Below are positions 19,372 to 29,193 of a stretch of DNA of 34,561 nt, piece by piece. The notes under the pieces were generated by a model that saw only the letters and a list, made by a program, of their open reading frames with translations, ran no database searches and was not told where the DNA came from. This DNA comes from a virus (lineage: Duplodnaviria; Caudoviricetes), in the IMG/VR virus record IMGVR_UViG_3300037634_008411, positions 1 through 34,561 of that record; one strand, 5' to 3'. Position 1 is the stretch's first letter. Every line of letters starts with the position of its first letter. Both the position numbers and the translations under genes were made by a program.

Positions 19372-20288
19372 TTTGGGACACGGAGCGGCGCCGAGGACTT
19401 CGTCGCAAGTTGCGCGTGGGGGTATTGCCTCTTCACCTCGCCTTCGTTTTCAAAAACAATAGTAGCGGGGTAGTCGGAGCGCCAAGTTGGTGCACGGATA
19501 CCCTTTGCAGCACGGGTTCGAGAACAATGATACGGACATTGTAGCACGCGAGGACAAGGATAGGCACTTCGTTTATGGGCTTGGTGCGCCGTGGGAATAT
19601 AAGTTAATATTTCCGCCTCAAAACCAGATGGCATCATTTTTTGCCACAAAACAGCATCACAAGATATCTTATCATAATCAATCGAAAACAAATCCTTTTT
19701 TAATGCGGCGCCTGAAAAAAATAACCAAGATTGAGCCGGATACCGGCGCGACACCATGGCGGGTTTTGTAAAAAGATGGTTCTCCCAATCATTTATAACC
19801 TCTTGTGCCGCTTTGTCAAAGTTAAGATAAAAATCAAAAGGAAGAACCACTTCGGCAACTTCAGAATAAACTACTTTTTTGGGGCCAACCCTATTACATA
19901 TTTCATAGATTGAATTTTCTTTTAAAAGCACACAGTCAGAGGCTAAAATAAACATTTTCTGACTTTCCGGAGAAACAATATTTATTGCCTGTGCGGGGGC
20001 TTTTGTAAAACCGCCCTTCTTTTTTAAAGAGGCGACAGCAATCCGTTTTAAATTTGGATTAGGATATTTTTTAAAAAAATCATTAATAATGCCCTTAATG
20101 TCCTTTTGAGAATAATCATCGATTACACAAAGCTCAAAGTTGTAAGGAGTTTTTTGTATGCTTATGCCACGCAAAGCATTGAATAGGCTCTTGCGTTTTA
20201 TGTCCATCTCAGAAACTGCCATTAAAATACTGACTTCAAATTTTTCTGTTTTTTCTTTTACGCTCATCTTACTTAAATTTCTTTCCAA
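19368..20288 (-). CDS. GT2-like glycosyltransferase with Cys-rich C-terminal motif
   Basis: FELCVIDDYS, ASDCV, CDAVLW, HQAH...CPRVLQCPYHCSR. Confidence 0.75.
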   Translation of the reverse strand: MERNLSKMSVKEKTEKFEVSILMAVSEMDIKRKSLFNALRGISIQKTPYNFELCVIDDYSQKDIKGIINDFFKKYPNPNLKRIAVASLKKKGGFTKAPAQAINIVSPESQKMFILASDCVLLKENSIYEICNRVGPKKVVYSEVAEVVLPFDFYLNFDKAAQEVINDWENHLFTKPAMVSRRYPAQSWLFFSGAALKKDLFSIDYDKISCDAVLWQKMMPSGFEAEILTYIPTAHQAHKRSAYPCPRVLQCPYHCSRTRAAKGIRAPTWRSDYPATIVFENEGEVKRQYPHAQLATKSSAPLRVPK

Positions 20289-21054
20289 ACATGGGTTTTA
20301 TAACGTTAAATGGCTTAATTCGCGGTGTCGGGGCCGTCCACCTACCATTTGCTCTCGTCCTAGAACAATAGAAAGGACATGTCCCCTCTACACCACACGA
20401 CACGTCAAAGCGGGGGTGCCATTGGTGTACGGCTGGCGCTGAAGTTAATATGTCAGCATCAAAATTTTGTTTGGCCATTTGTTGCCACAAAACCGCATCA
20501 CAACTATTTTCTCTATATCCAATACTATATAAATCTTCTTTTAGGGCGGCGCCTAAAAAAAATAACCAAGCAGTGGGGATTTTTCTAGAGACATGTAAGG
20601 GGTACAAACTTTTTGTCATTACTGTATTTTCCCAGTCATTTATTAATGGTTGCACATATAAATCGAAATTTGAATGTAAATTTTCTGATACCCGCAAATT
20701 GGCCAACTCCGCAAATGCCACTTTTTTTCTCCCGACTCGGTGGCACAATTGTTCTACTGTATCATCTCGCAACATTATTATATCGCTCGACATTGGTAAG
20801 ATGATGTCCACATCGTCACTAATCATATCCAAACATAAATTGGGGGCGTATATGAAATTATAATGCTTATTCAAACGTAGATATTTTGCCTTGGGTAAAA
20901 ATTCTTTAATAATAGGCTCTGGATCTTCTTTGGAAAAATCATCAACTATGCACACCTCTAGGGGGAAAGTTGTTTTTTGTCGGGCGATGGCTGCCAAAGT
21001 ATTTGGCAAACACCAATTTTTGTTGTGTGTGGAAAAAATTATACTAGCTTTCAT
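20269..21054 (-). CDS. GT2-like glycosyltransferase with Cys-rich C-terminal motif
   Basis: ASIIFSTHN, EVCIVDDFSKE, SSDII, CDAVLW, HQWH...CGVEGTCPFYCSR; paralog of the neighbouring gene. Confidence 0.8.
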   Translation of the reverse strand: MKASIIFSTHNKNWCLPNTLAAIARQKTTFPLEVCIVDDFSKEDPEPIIKEFLPKAKYLRLNKHYNFIYAPNLCLDMISDDVDIILPMSSDIIMLRDDTVEQLCHRVGRKKVAFAELANLRVSENLHSNFDLYVQPLINDWENTVMTKSLYPLHVSRKIPTAWLFFLGAALKEDLYSIGYRENSCDAVLWQQMAKQNFDADILTSAPAVHQWHPRFDVSCGVEGTCPFYCSRTRANGRWTAPTPRIKPFNVIKPMFGKKFK

Positions 21055-21808
21055 TTTTGTAATATTCGCTCTCTAGCTTTCTAAATAAATAAAATTTCTC
21101 ATCGTTTAAATAAAAATGGGCCGGCTCATGCGGATAGAAAGAAAATGCCCTTACCTTCTTATCCACCTCATCATAGTTTATTATATTTTTGATCTTTTTT
21201 AAAGGGATGATTTCTTCCCTCTTATAAAATCTTTTTATGCCACACATTTGTTTTTTAGGTACCGCAACCCCATCTTCCAAATCAGATATAAGTTTTTTGA
21301 AATTTTCTACTGAGGCCTCTACGGCGCGACAATAAAGAGTTTTCGCAGTGTCATCTGACCTTATCTCAATAGTCTCTTCATATGCAAGAGGGCCAGCGTC
21401 AACCTCTGGAATAATCCAATGAATTGTCGTGGTATAAGTTTTATCTCCATTTAAAATAGCGTGACTAATAGAATTAAAGCCCTGATATTCGGGCAATTTT
21501 GCATTATGTAAATTTAAAGCCAAGCCAGATAGTACATCAATCGACCTCTTCGATATAATCCATGGATGTTGTACGGAAATTAAATAATCTATTTTTATAG
21601 CTTGGAGCAGATCTAATATCTTTTTTTCATTCCTTTTCTTGTTAGAAACAAAAAGAGGATTTTTTTCTATTGAAAATTTTTCTCTAAAGTTTTTATTTGA
21701 ACACACCCACACAATTTCTATATTTTCATTATGAATACACTGTGTGTAGCACCTTTCTGCGATAGGCCCTCTTCCTAAAAATGCAATTCTAGTCATTTTG
21801 CGAGACAC
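21044..21808 (-). CDS. Formyltransferase (sugar N-formyltransferase / Fmt-like)
   Basis: NLHNAKLPEYQG, TTIHW...VDAGP and VRAF..P motifs. Confidence 0.88.
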   Translation of the reverse strand: MSRKMTRIAFLGRGPIAERCYTQCIHNENIEIVWVCSNKNFREKFSIEKNPLFVSNKKRNEKKILDLLQAIKIDYLISVQHPWIISKRSIDVLSGLALNLHNAKLPEYQGFNSISHAILNGDKTYTTTIHWIIPEVDAGPLAYEETIEIRSDDTAKTLYCRAVEASVENFKKLISDLEDGVAVPKKQMCGIKRFYKREEIIPLKKIKNIINYDEVDKKVRAFSFYPHEPAHFYLNDEKFYLFRKLESEYYKNES

Positions 21809-22448
21809 TTGTAACCACTTCCTCTATTTTTGGATATATAAAATTATAGTATTCTAAATGACCAGCATTACTTAAATGTAATAAATCTGGTTCTCCCAAA
21901 ACATACTGTTCCATTTCTAAAGTGCTGTTTTTAAAATGCTTTTCTATATCATTAAGAACAATAGAAGAATCACTTCTCTCGCGATGAAGTTCTCTAATAA
22001 CCTCATTATACTTTTCATTGTTATCCTGATAAACAATGTCAGTAAATGGCATTTTTGATTTAGTTCTACACGTCGGGTGATTGGTGTTGACACATATCTT
22101 TTTAACCCCACAATAAAATGCTCGATCAAAGATTTCATTTAAATTTGACTTAAAACTGCCTAAAGAAACTCTTGGCAAGCCTCCATCGGTTTTCCAATAA
22201 TTGCAATCATTCATTCCAAATTGTACAATAAGAATATCGGGGGCCGTGGATTGTATTTCATAAGGCATGTTTTCTAAAGCTTGGCGAGTTGTTCTACCAT
22301 TTACAGATGAATTCGCTACTACAAGCGATGGAAACTTTTTTTGTAAACGTTGCGAAACAAGCGAGACCCAGCCCTCGTGTACCGAGACACCCGCGCCTAC
22401 ACATATAGAATCGCCAAAGAAAGTTATTTTAATTTCTTTATTATTCAT
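21789..22448 (-). CDS. SGNH/GDSL hydrolase or O-acyltransferase
   Basis: FFGDSI, NSSVNG, QFGMND and DLLH blocks. Confidence 0.9.
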   Translation of the reverse strand: MNNKEIKITFFGDSICVGAGVSVHEGWVSLVSQRLQKKFPSLVVANSSVNGRTTRQALENMPYEIQSTAPDILIVQFGMNDCNYWKTDGGLPRVSLGSFKSNLNEIFDRAFYCGVKKICVNTNHPTCRTKSKMPFTDIVYQDNNEKYNEVIRELHRERSDSSIVLNDIEKHFKNSTLEMEQYVLGEPDLLHLSNAGHLEYYNFIYPKIEEVVTSVSQND

Positions 22449-23155
22449 TTGTTTTTACGCATTAAAAAAAGCTTAATTGAGTATGGTTCAAATTCCATAA
22501 AGCGGCGCACAACATCTAAATTGGTGGTACTAATTATATCAAAATCGGCAAAACACTCACCTATCATCTTTTTATCAACAGACCTACAGTGTCCACTTGG
22601 ATATGAGCCATATTTTTCTAAATATTCAGGACTTTTTAATACATCTAAATTCTGTTTCCAAGGTACAGACAGAAAAAGATAGCCGCCCTTTTTGATAACT
22701 CTAGAAATTTCATTTGAAAAAGCTTTTTCGTTTTTAACATGCTCAAAAATATCTGTACTGATCGCGAAATCAAACATTGACGATTTTATAGGCATCTTTT
22801 CTGCATTTGTTCTTATTTTAATCACTTCCGGGGCAACTTGCTTAAGTTTGACAAAGGAAGAGTCACAAAGCACCTTTTCAGCGAAAGGCACCTTGTTAAT
22901 TAAATAACCATTCCCTCCACCAATATCAATAACGGTGTCGATAGATTTAGTAGCTGTAATGGTAGGTAGAATTATTTCTAAACAATTTTTTAAAACCTCT
23001 AATTCTAAACGAATATTATCACGACCCTTTCTTCCATCCCTCTCTTCGGTCGCGACTTTTTCCAAATCATCAAAATATTCATTTGATATGTTTCCCATAT
23101 AATCTAATATTCCCTCCACTACCTGTAGGGGCTCTTCGGTTATAAATTTATTCAC
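22445..23155 (-). CDS. Class I SAM-dependent methyltransferase
   Basis: VIDIGGGNG, FDFAISTDIFEHV, RVIKKGGYLFLSVP. Confidence 0.9.
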   Translation of the reverse strand: MNKFITEEPLQVVEGILDYMGNISNEYFDDLEKVATEERDGRKGRDNIRLELEVLKNCLEIILPTITATKSIDTVIDIGGGNGYLINKVPFAEKVLCDSSFVKLKQVAPEVIKIRTNAEKMPIKSSMFDFAISTDIFEHVKNEKAFSNEISRVIKKGGYLFLSVPWKQNLDVLKSPEYLEKYGSYPSGHCRSVDKKMIGECFADFDIISTTNLDVVRRFMEFEPYSIKLFLMRKNK

Positions 23156-25059
23156 ACCACAATCCTTTTCCTATATTCACTAGCTTTGTCGTGAAATTCT
23201 TGTTGCCATATTTCCAACGAGAGAAAGCCCCAAAGGCTTCTTCCAAATTCTGTTTCTGATGAAATTTTTTCCACCACCTCTTTATTATTTACTAAATTTC
23301 TCTCTTGTGCGCTTTTACATGTCAGTGTATCCATAATAAATTCTTTTAATTCTTTTTTCGACCAAGCGGAAAAAGGCGTTGGAAAACCCATTTTATCTTT
23401 GCGATTGGTAATTTCTCTAGGAACATATTTTTTAATTGATTTCTTGAAAATATTCTTCATATTTCCGTTTTTAAATTTAATATTAGATGGAATGGTTGCT
23501 GCGAATTCAACGTAAGGCCGATCTAAAAGCGGAACTCTGGATTCTATCCCATGAGCCATACTTACCCTATCTTCGACTTGTAAGAGTGCTGGGAGCAACG
23601 TCTTAAAATCGAAATGAGTCATAAGATCAAAATACGATTTTTTACCCACGTTCTTACCATAAAAAATATCTTTAAAAGTATCGTAGGGGGAATATTCACT
23701 GAGAGCTTCCCAATTGATCTCATTGCTTAAAAGTGGAGTTCTATCTACCAAAGAAAAATATCTCTTGTCCATCTCCTCAAAAAGACCCTTACTCCAAAAT
23801 CTCTCTAAAAGAGGTTTATAATTCTTTAAAGATTTTAAATTTGGTATTATTGATTCATATGTGACAATAAAATTGCCAGATTTTAAAGTACCATCAACTG
23901 CCGCCTTTATGCATTGTTCGAAATAGGCTATTAGATATCGCGCATACCCACCAAAAATTTCATCGCCGCCTTGGCCACCTAGCAAAACTTTTCTATATTG
24001 AGATGCATGTTTTGAAATCATATATTGGGAAAAAGACCCGGGGCCGGCGGTTGGGTAATCCAAGTGGTAAATTACTTTCCTAATATTTTCTATAAAATCC
24101 TCAGATTTAATGTCGTATACACTAAGTTCAAATTGTTTTTGAAGAGCAACAATCTTCGCGTAATGGCTTTCATCATATCCTTCTCCTTCGGAAAATTTAC
24201 CAGTGAAAGCCATGAAATCTTTGTCTTTTGCCCGAGAAGCCAATGAACATATAATACTAGAATCTAAACCGCCACTAAGATAGCCGCCGATTGGAACATC
24301 GCTCCTTGTGTGCAAGCGAAGCGAATCTTCTAAAAGGCCTTGTAGTTTATTTTGAAAATATTTTTCTGTGTGTTCAAAATCTAAATTGTAATAGACTTCC
24401 CAATATTTTTTTACGCGGATGTCTCCATCTTTAATAGTTAAAAAATGCCCCGGTAAAAGCTGATGTATGTTTTTAAATAAAGTTTTTTCTTTTAAAACAA
24501 ATTGAAAGCTTAAATATTCTTTAAAAGCCTCCAAATCTGTTTCTATGTCTTTTACAAACGGCAAAAGAGCTTTAATCTCTGACGCAAAATAAAATTTATT
24601 ATCCACGACCGTGTAATAAAATGGCTTAATCCCAAAAAAATCTCGTGCGCAAAAAAGAGTCTTTTCTTTTTCATCCCAAAGGGCAAAAGAAAACATTCCG
24701 CGGAAGTGGTCAAGACAATCATATCCCCATCTCTCATATGCCTTTAAAATAGTTTCCGTATCCGATTGGGTTTTAAAAACCCTTTTTCCTATTTCAGCCT
24801 TTAATTCTAAAAAGTTATAGATTTCACCATTAAAAACAATGCAATTACCATTAGGTTCGCACATAGGCTGTGATCCATTAGAAATGTCAATGATGCTTAA
24901 ACGCGTATGTCCGAAGCCAAGACTTTCGTTTTTATGTTTCCAGATATTGTCATCATCTGGGCCCCTGTGCTTCTGTAATGAATTACATACATGCAACTGC
25001 TCAGAGAGCCTTGGTATTGGTTCTGCGGAAAGATTTAATATTCCAGCGATTCCGCACAT
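23152..25059 (-). CDS. Asparagine synthetase B-like glutamine amidotransferase (sugar uronamide-forming type, WbmC/WbmI/WbpS-like)
   Basis: MCGIAG, HRGPD, RLSIID, FNGEIYN, LSGGLDSS, GQGGDEIFGGY, DRVSMAHGIESRVP; located in a sugar cluster next to a WbmH-like SDR. Confidence 0.92.
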   Translation of the reverse strand: MCGIAGILNLSAEPIPRLSEQLHVCNSLQKHRGPDDDNIWKHKNESLGFGHTRLSIIDISNGSQPMCEPNGNCIVFNGEIYNFLELKAEIGKRVFKTQSDTETILKAYERWGYDCLDHFRGMFSFALWDEKEKTLFCARDFFGIKPFYYTVVDNKFYFASEIKALLPFVKDIETDLEAFKEYLSFQFVLKEKTLFKNIHQLLPGHFLTIKDGDIRVKKYWEVYYNLDFEHTEKYFQNKLQGLLEDSLRLHTRSDVPIGGYLSGGLDSSIICSLASRAKDKDFMAFTGKFSEGEGYDESHYAKIVALQKQFELSVYDIKSEDFIENIRKVIYHLDYPTAGPGSFSQYMISKHASQYRKVLLGGQGGDEIFGGYARYLIAYFEQCIKAAVDGTLKSGNFIVTYESIIPNLKSLKNYKPLLERFWSKGLFEEMDKRYFSLVDRTPLLSNEINWEALSEYSPYDTFKDIFYGKNVGKKSYFDLMTHFDFKTLLPALLQVEDRVSMAHGIESRVPLLDRPYVEFAATIPSNIKFKNGNMKNIFKKSIKKYVPREITNRKDKMGFPTPFSAWSKKELKEFIMDTLTCKSAQERNLVNNKEVVEKISSETEFGRSLWGFLSLEIWQQEFHDKASEYRKRIVV

Positions 25060-25068
25060 GGCGAGTGT

Positions 25069-26043
25069 TTAAACCCGGGCGTGCGCATGTTGTGCAGCAC
25101 GAACTTTTAATTCATCGGCCGACAAGTGAGTATATGTTTCAACAACCTCGTTATTTCCATACCACTCAATAGCCTTTGGGATGCCTTCACTCAATGGAGT
25201 TGAGGGGATCATCCCAAAAACCTCTAGAGTCCTAGAAGGGTCGATAAGAATTGTTTTTACATCATCCCAAAACCTACCGAACATTTTACTTGGCTTTTCA
25301 GTTGTTCCAAAATCTAATTTCATTGCTGCAACTATATGATTAAATACCTCGTCAATAGCATAATCTTTGCCGCTGCCAACATGATAAAAACCAGATTCCC
25401 CGGTACCGTCAATAGCCAATTCAACAATGTCAAGAAGATCATTAATAAAAATAAAATCTCGACGCGCGTCTGAAATAAAGCACTCTTTTTTATTTATTAA
25501 GCGATGAAAAAACGTTGGGATTGGACCACTAAGATTACGAGGGCCATATACATTTGCCAACCTAAAAGACACAAAATCTAATCCGCTCATTTCAATATAT
25601 TGTTCGCCCGCTGTTTTAGAAATAGAATAGCTGTTATCAGGCTGTATTGGGTGCGACAACGTAATTGGTTGTTCGTTCGGGTGGTGTCCATAGCACAGTG
25701 AAGTTTGAAAATAGACAAGCCTCTTAACCTTATATTCCAGCGCGCACTTAACTATGTTTGCGGTACCTAAAACATTTACAAGGATATCTTTTTGCCAGTC
25801 GGTTTGGTCTTTATAGGCGGCTGCAGAATGAACTACAATGTCTGGTTGCGCCTCTTTAAAAATCTTATCACAAGCGTCCTTATCCGCAATCGACGCTTCA
25901 TGGAAAATAACGCCCTCATTAACATTTTTTCGGCACCCCGTTGATAAATCATCTATCACATATACTTTATCCCCCCGATTTAGCAACATATCCGCCAAAT
26001 TCGATCCAATAAAGCCGGCACCGCCGGTGATTAAAACATTCAT
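25069..26043 (-). CDS. NAD-dependent nucleotide-sugar SDR, Bordetella WbmG/WbmH-like
   Basis: TGGAGFIGS, HSAAAYKD..DW..D, YFQTSLCYG, SYSISK, SGLDFVSFRLANVYGPRN.SGP.P.FF.RL, ARRDF, DPSRT, YTHL; these match WbmG/H as recalled. Confidence 0.85.
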   Translation of the reverse strand: MNVLITGGAGFIGSNLADMLLNRGDKVYVIDDLSTGCRKNVNEGVIFHEASIADKDACDKIFKEAQPDIVVHSAAAYKDQTDWQKDILVNVLGTANIVKCALEYKVKRLVYFQTSLCYGHHPNEQPITLSHPIQPDNSYSISKTAGEQYIEMSGLDFVSFRLANVYGPRNLSGPIPTFFHRLINKKECFISDARRDFIFINDLLDIVELAIDGTGESGFYHVGSGKDYAIDEVFNHIVAAMKLDFGTTEKPSKMFGRFWDDVKTILIDPSRTLEVFGMIPSTPLSEGIPKAIEWYGNNEVVETYTHLSADELKVRAAQHAHARV

Positions 26044-26068
26044 ATAATACTCCTACTCTAAAAAAATG

Positions 26069-26842
26069 TTAACGAGGGGGAGGGTTTTCCCAGTCCCCCC
26101 CTTCTTTACTATAATAACCGCAATTCCAAGGTAATTTAAGCCCTTTTTCTAGAATTGGATGACGGCAACATCTATATTTACACTCTTTTATATTTACACA
26201 ATTAAAAATAATATGCTCATGTGCTTGATGCACAGCGGCGCCCTTTAAAACCACAAATGGCAATTTTTTTTCTCTGAAAAGAAGCTCTTTAGACCACACA
26301 TCACAAATATAATCATTGTGATTAATCATTTCCATAAAGGTTTTTCGACGCATTCCTGCTAAAAATAAATATTGAGCGTCTTTAGGTTCCATATAAGAGC
26401 CAACCTCAAAAAAAGACCTACCCAAAGTACTATAAAATTTATTTCCTGTTTGCCACATGTTCGGGTCTACTTTCATATTAAAGACGCGGGGAACAACAAT
26501 ACACTCTCTTTTTTTTAGTTCCTCAACCATGTTTTGTAATATATTTTTATTATGCCAAATAACATCTACTGATTGATAAATTACATATTCTATGTCATCT
26601 GTTAACATTTCCGATAAACACTTTCCGACATAGGTAATTCCTACGCTTTTTTCATTTTTTTTATATATTACTTGTTTTTCATCAAAAAAATGTTTTATAA
26701 GCGGCTTTGGATCCTCAGTCGAATCGTCGTCCAAAAAAAACAATTTATAATCAAAAGTTGTTTTTTGATTTTTAATAGAAAAAAATGTATTCCGCATACA
26801 TTCATTTTTATTTTTTATTGCGGAAATAATAGCAACAGACAT
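26069..26842 (-). CDS. GT2-like glycosyltransferase with Cys-rich C-terminal motif
   Basis: LFFLDDDSTEDP, SVDVI, ICDVWS, HQAH...CVNIKECKYRCCR. Confidence 0.72.
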   Translation of the reverse strand: MSVAIISAIKNKNECMRNTFFSIKNQKTTFDYKLFFLDDDSTEDPKPLIKHFFDEKQVIYKKNEKSVGITYVGKCLSEMLTDDIEYVIYQSVDVIWHNKNILQNMVEELKKRECIVVPRVFNMKVDPNMWQTGNKFYSTLGRSFFEVGSYMEPKDAQYLFLAGMRRKTFMEMINHNDYICDVWSKELLFREKKLPFVVLKGAAVHQAHEHIIFNCVNIKECKYRCCRHPILEKGLKLPWNCGYYSKEGGDWENPPPR

Positions 26843-26855
26843 TTATTTAACAAAA

Positions 26856-27254
26856 TTATTTTTTGATGCTTCTAGCTGGGTTTCCAACAACAATGTCTTC
26901 CGGAAAAACATCTTTTGTGACAACGGCGCCAGCCCCAATTTTTGCGCCCGGGCCTATAATTAAATTAGGTAATATTGTAGCATTCGCACCAATTGACACG
27001 CCGGATTCGACTATTGTTGGGGGAAATTCTCTCCACTTTCCTTTAGAGGGGGCATTTTTATCATTGGTAAAAACAGTGCCCGGACCAATAAAAACATTGT
27101 CTTTTACAACAACATTTTCTGGTATGAAAACTCCATACCCTATAGAACAATTATTTCCAATTATCACATTATGCCCAATTTCAGTAAAGGCCCCAATCTT
27201 AGTTTCATCGCCTATTGTAGATGTTTTATATATATTAGCGGTATTGTGAATCAT
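26856..27254 (-). CDS. Hexapeptide-repeat N-acetyltransferase (WbpD/WlbB-like)
   Basis: IG-based hexapeptide repeats, FIGPGTVFTND, SIGANATIL, IGAGAVVTKDV..VGNPAR. Confidence 0.9.
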   Translation of the reverse strand: MIHNTANIYKTSTIGDETKIGAFTEIGHNVIIGNNCSIGYGVFIPENVVVKDNVFIGPGTVFTNDKNAPSKGKWREFPPTIVESGVSIGANATILPNLIIGPGAKIGAGAVVTKDVFPEDIVVGNPARSIKK

Positions 27255-27904
27255 CTATTGTCTTTCCTATCTCCTAAATGATATGCTTTGGCTTTTATAT
27301 TAAAGCCAATTGGAAAGCCATACTCGCGGATTGCCAAACTCCACATTACGTCTGGAGCCGCTTTATATACCCCGAATGGCTCTATCTGTTTTAAGACATC
27401 TCTATGCACAACGCAGTTGGCGACATAAGCAGTTTTAGAATTTTCTAAATAGCCCGTCTCAATATTATAATCTAAAGGACGATGAACATATCCATATTTT
27501 CTACTTGGCCACTGCATCCAATCTTCACCGTGTTCGTGCCTTTTATCGTTTTCGTCTACCAGCCTAAAACCATATTGGCCCGGTAGCTTATTTTTTAAAA
27601 ATTCTTTCATATCTTCAAACCATGTTTCAGATGGTAAAATATCATCAGCAAAAAATGCTAGCCACTCTTCCGGTCGTGTAGAAATACCCTGTCTCCACTT
27701 TCTAGACATGTCTTTATCCCATGCGGTATAAAGTGAAAAATTGGCTCCCAATTCTAATACTTTTTTTTCTAAAATAGGATTTTCAGGGGAAACAAGCGTA
27801 TATTTTCCACCAGATTTTTCAACACAAAAAGGAATTAATTTATCAATTAATAGTTTTAATCTTTTTGTGTTGGAATTTGTAATTTGTATAATTCCAAGAT
27901 CCAT
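27251..27904 (-). CDS. Divergent GT-A fold glycosyltransferase-like protein
   Basis: WLAFFADDILP, ANCVVHRDV, PDVMWS and AYH motifs resembling the GT2 layout. Confidence 0.6.
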   Translation of the reverse strand: MDLGIIQITNSNTKRLKLLIDKLIPFCVEKSGGKYTLVSPENPILEKKVLELGANFSLYTAWDKDMSRKWRQGISTRPEEWLAFFADDILPSETWFEDMKEFLKNKLPGQYGFRLVDENDKRHEHGEDWMQWPSRKYGYVHRPLDYNIETGYLENSKTAYVANCVVHRDVLKQIEPFGVYKAAPDVMWSLAIREYGFPIGFNIKAKAYHLGDRKDNR

Positions 27905-27908
27905 TTTT

Positions 27909-29192
27909 TCATATCAATGTTTGAGATGCAATATCTCCCAACAGGTCTTCATCAAACTCATCCTCATCAAATATATCTAATGAAAGGCCACCAAAAATAG
28001 CTTCTATCATTTCACGATTTTTATCATCCTCCGCAAAGTTATTTAAAATCCACTTTTTTAACTTTTTACTTTGACCCAAATATCGCGGATATTGTTCCAG
28101 AACTTCTCTCATCATGTTCTTACAACTTTGTTCGTTCACAAACGCCCACTTAGAATCTTCCTGTAAAACTCCTTTCCAGACTGCCTCTTTTTGAATTTGT
28201 CTTAAATCATAAGCTACCATGGAATAAAATGCCCTTTTCTTTTCTTTGCCGCTTTTTCCCTTTTTTGGCATATGCAAAAAATCTGTCTGGCCGCCCCAAT
28301 CATGAGTTATGATAGGAAGACCACAATATGCAGCTTCAAAAAGAGGTAAGCCAAAGCCTTCACCATGGCCAAAATTAATTATAGCTTTAATCTTGGGATG
28401 GTGATATAAAGAATGTATCTCATTTTCAGTTAAAAAGCCATGGAGCAAGTATATTTTACATTTTCTTTTTGGATAATTGTCTAAAAATTCTTTTAATTCT
28501 TTTTCCGTCAACATTCGATCGATAAAACTATTTCCAGCTTTGTTAATTTTAAGAACCAAGCCCACCTCATCATCGTGGAATTCTTCTATAAACACCTTAA
28601 TTGTATTTTGAATATTTTTTCTTGGGCCCGCTTGAGCTATAGTTAAAAAATTAAAATCATGTTTTAAATCCAAATTTAATTCTTTTAATTCATATTTTTT
28701 AACTGGATAATTCACAACATAGACATCTTTCGTCAATTTTAAAAACGCCGCGGCACCAGTTTTTTCGTCTTTACCAGAATATTCTGATCCTGCATAATGT
28801 GTTTTACTAAAATTTGACGGAACAATGATGCGATCAACGTGGGCTTCTGCTGCGACAATCCACTCTGGTGACACAAGGTCTGACTCAATTCCTGCGGTTA
28901 CTCCTACTGTCAATGGCGCAAGACGTTGCCACTCATTAGGAATTGTAACTAAAATTGCTATTTCGGGTATTCCGCCATCTTGTATGAAAGGCCGCAACTT
29001 TGCAATATCACGATCAATTTCGCGGCGTTCGTCGTCGTCTTCCCACACCCAAGATGTTTTACCCCACACTGTCGGCTCGACATAAACATCAAATAAGTCC
29101 GGATAGCTCTTTAAAGCTCGATATACAAAACGTGTATGTTCTCCATACCCGCTCTGAGTTAAAATAGGGCCCCTAAGTACAACCTTGTTCAT
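27909..29192 (-). CDS. GT4 (GT-B) glycosyltransferase
   Basis: Preferred start at 29192 (GGAGG SD; MNKVVLRGPILTQSGYG); RKNI, GEGFGLPLFEAAYCGLPII. Confidence 0.9.
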   Translation of the reverse strand: MNKVVLRGPILTQSGYGEHTRFVYRALKSYPDLFDVYVEPTVWGKTSWVWEDDDERREIDRDIAKLRPFIQDGGIPEIAILVTIPNEWQRLAPLTVGVTAGIESDLVSPEWIVAAEAHVDRIIVPSNFSKTHYAGSEYSGKDEKTGAAAFLKLTKDVYVVNYPVKKYELKELNLDLKHDFNFLTIAQAGPRKNIQNTIKVFIEEFHDDEVGLVLKINKAGNSFIDRMLTEKELKEFLDNYPKRKCKIYLLHGFLTENEIHSLYHHPKIKAIINFGHGEGFGLPLFEAAYCGLPIITHDWGGQTDFLHMPKKGKSGKEKKRAFYSMVAYDLRQIQKEAVWKGVLQEDSKWAFVNEQSCKNMMREVLEQYPRYLGQSKKLKKWILNNFAEDDKNREMIEAIFGGLSLDIFDEDEFDEDLLGDIASQTLI

Positions 29193-29193
29193 T

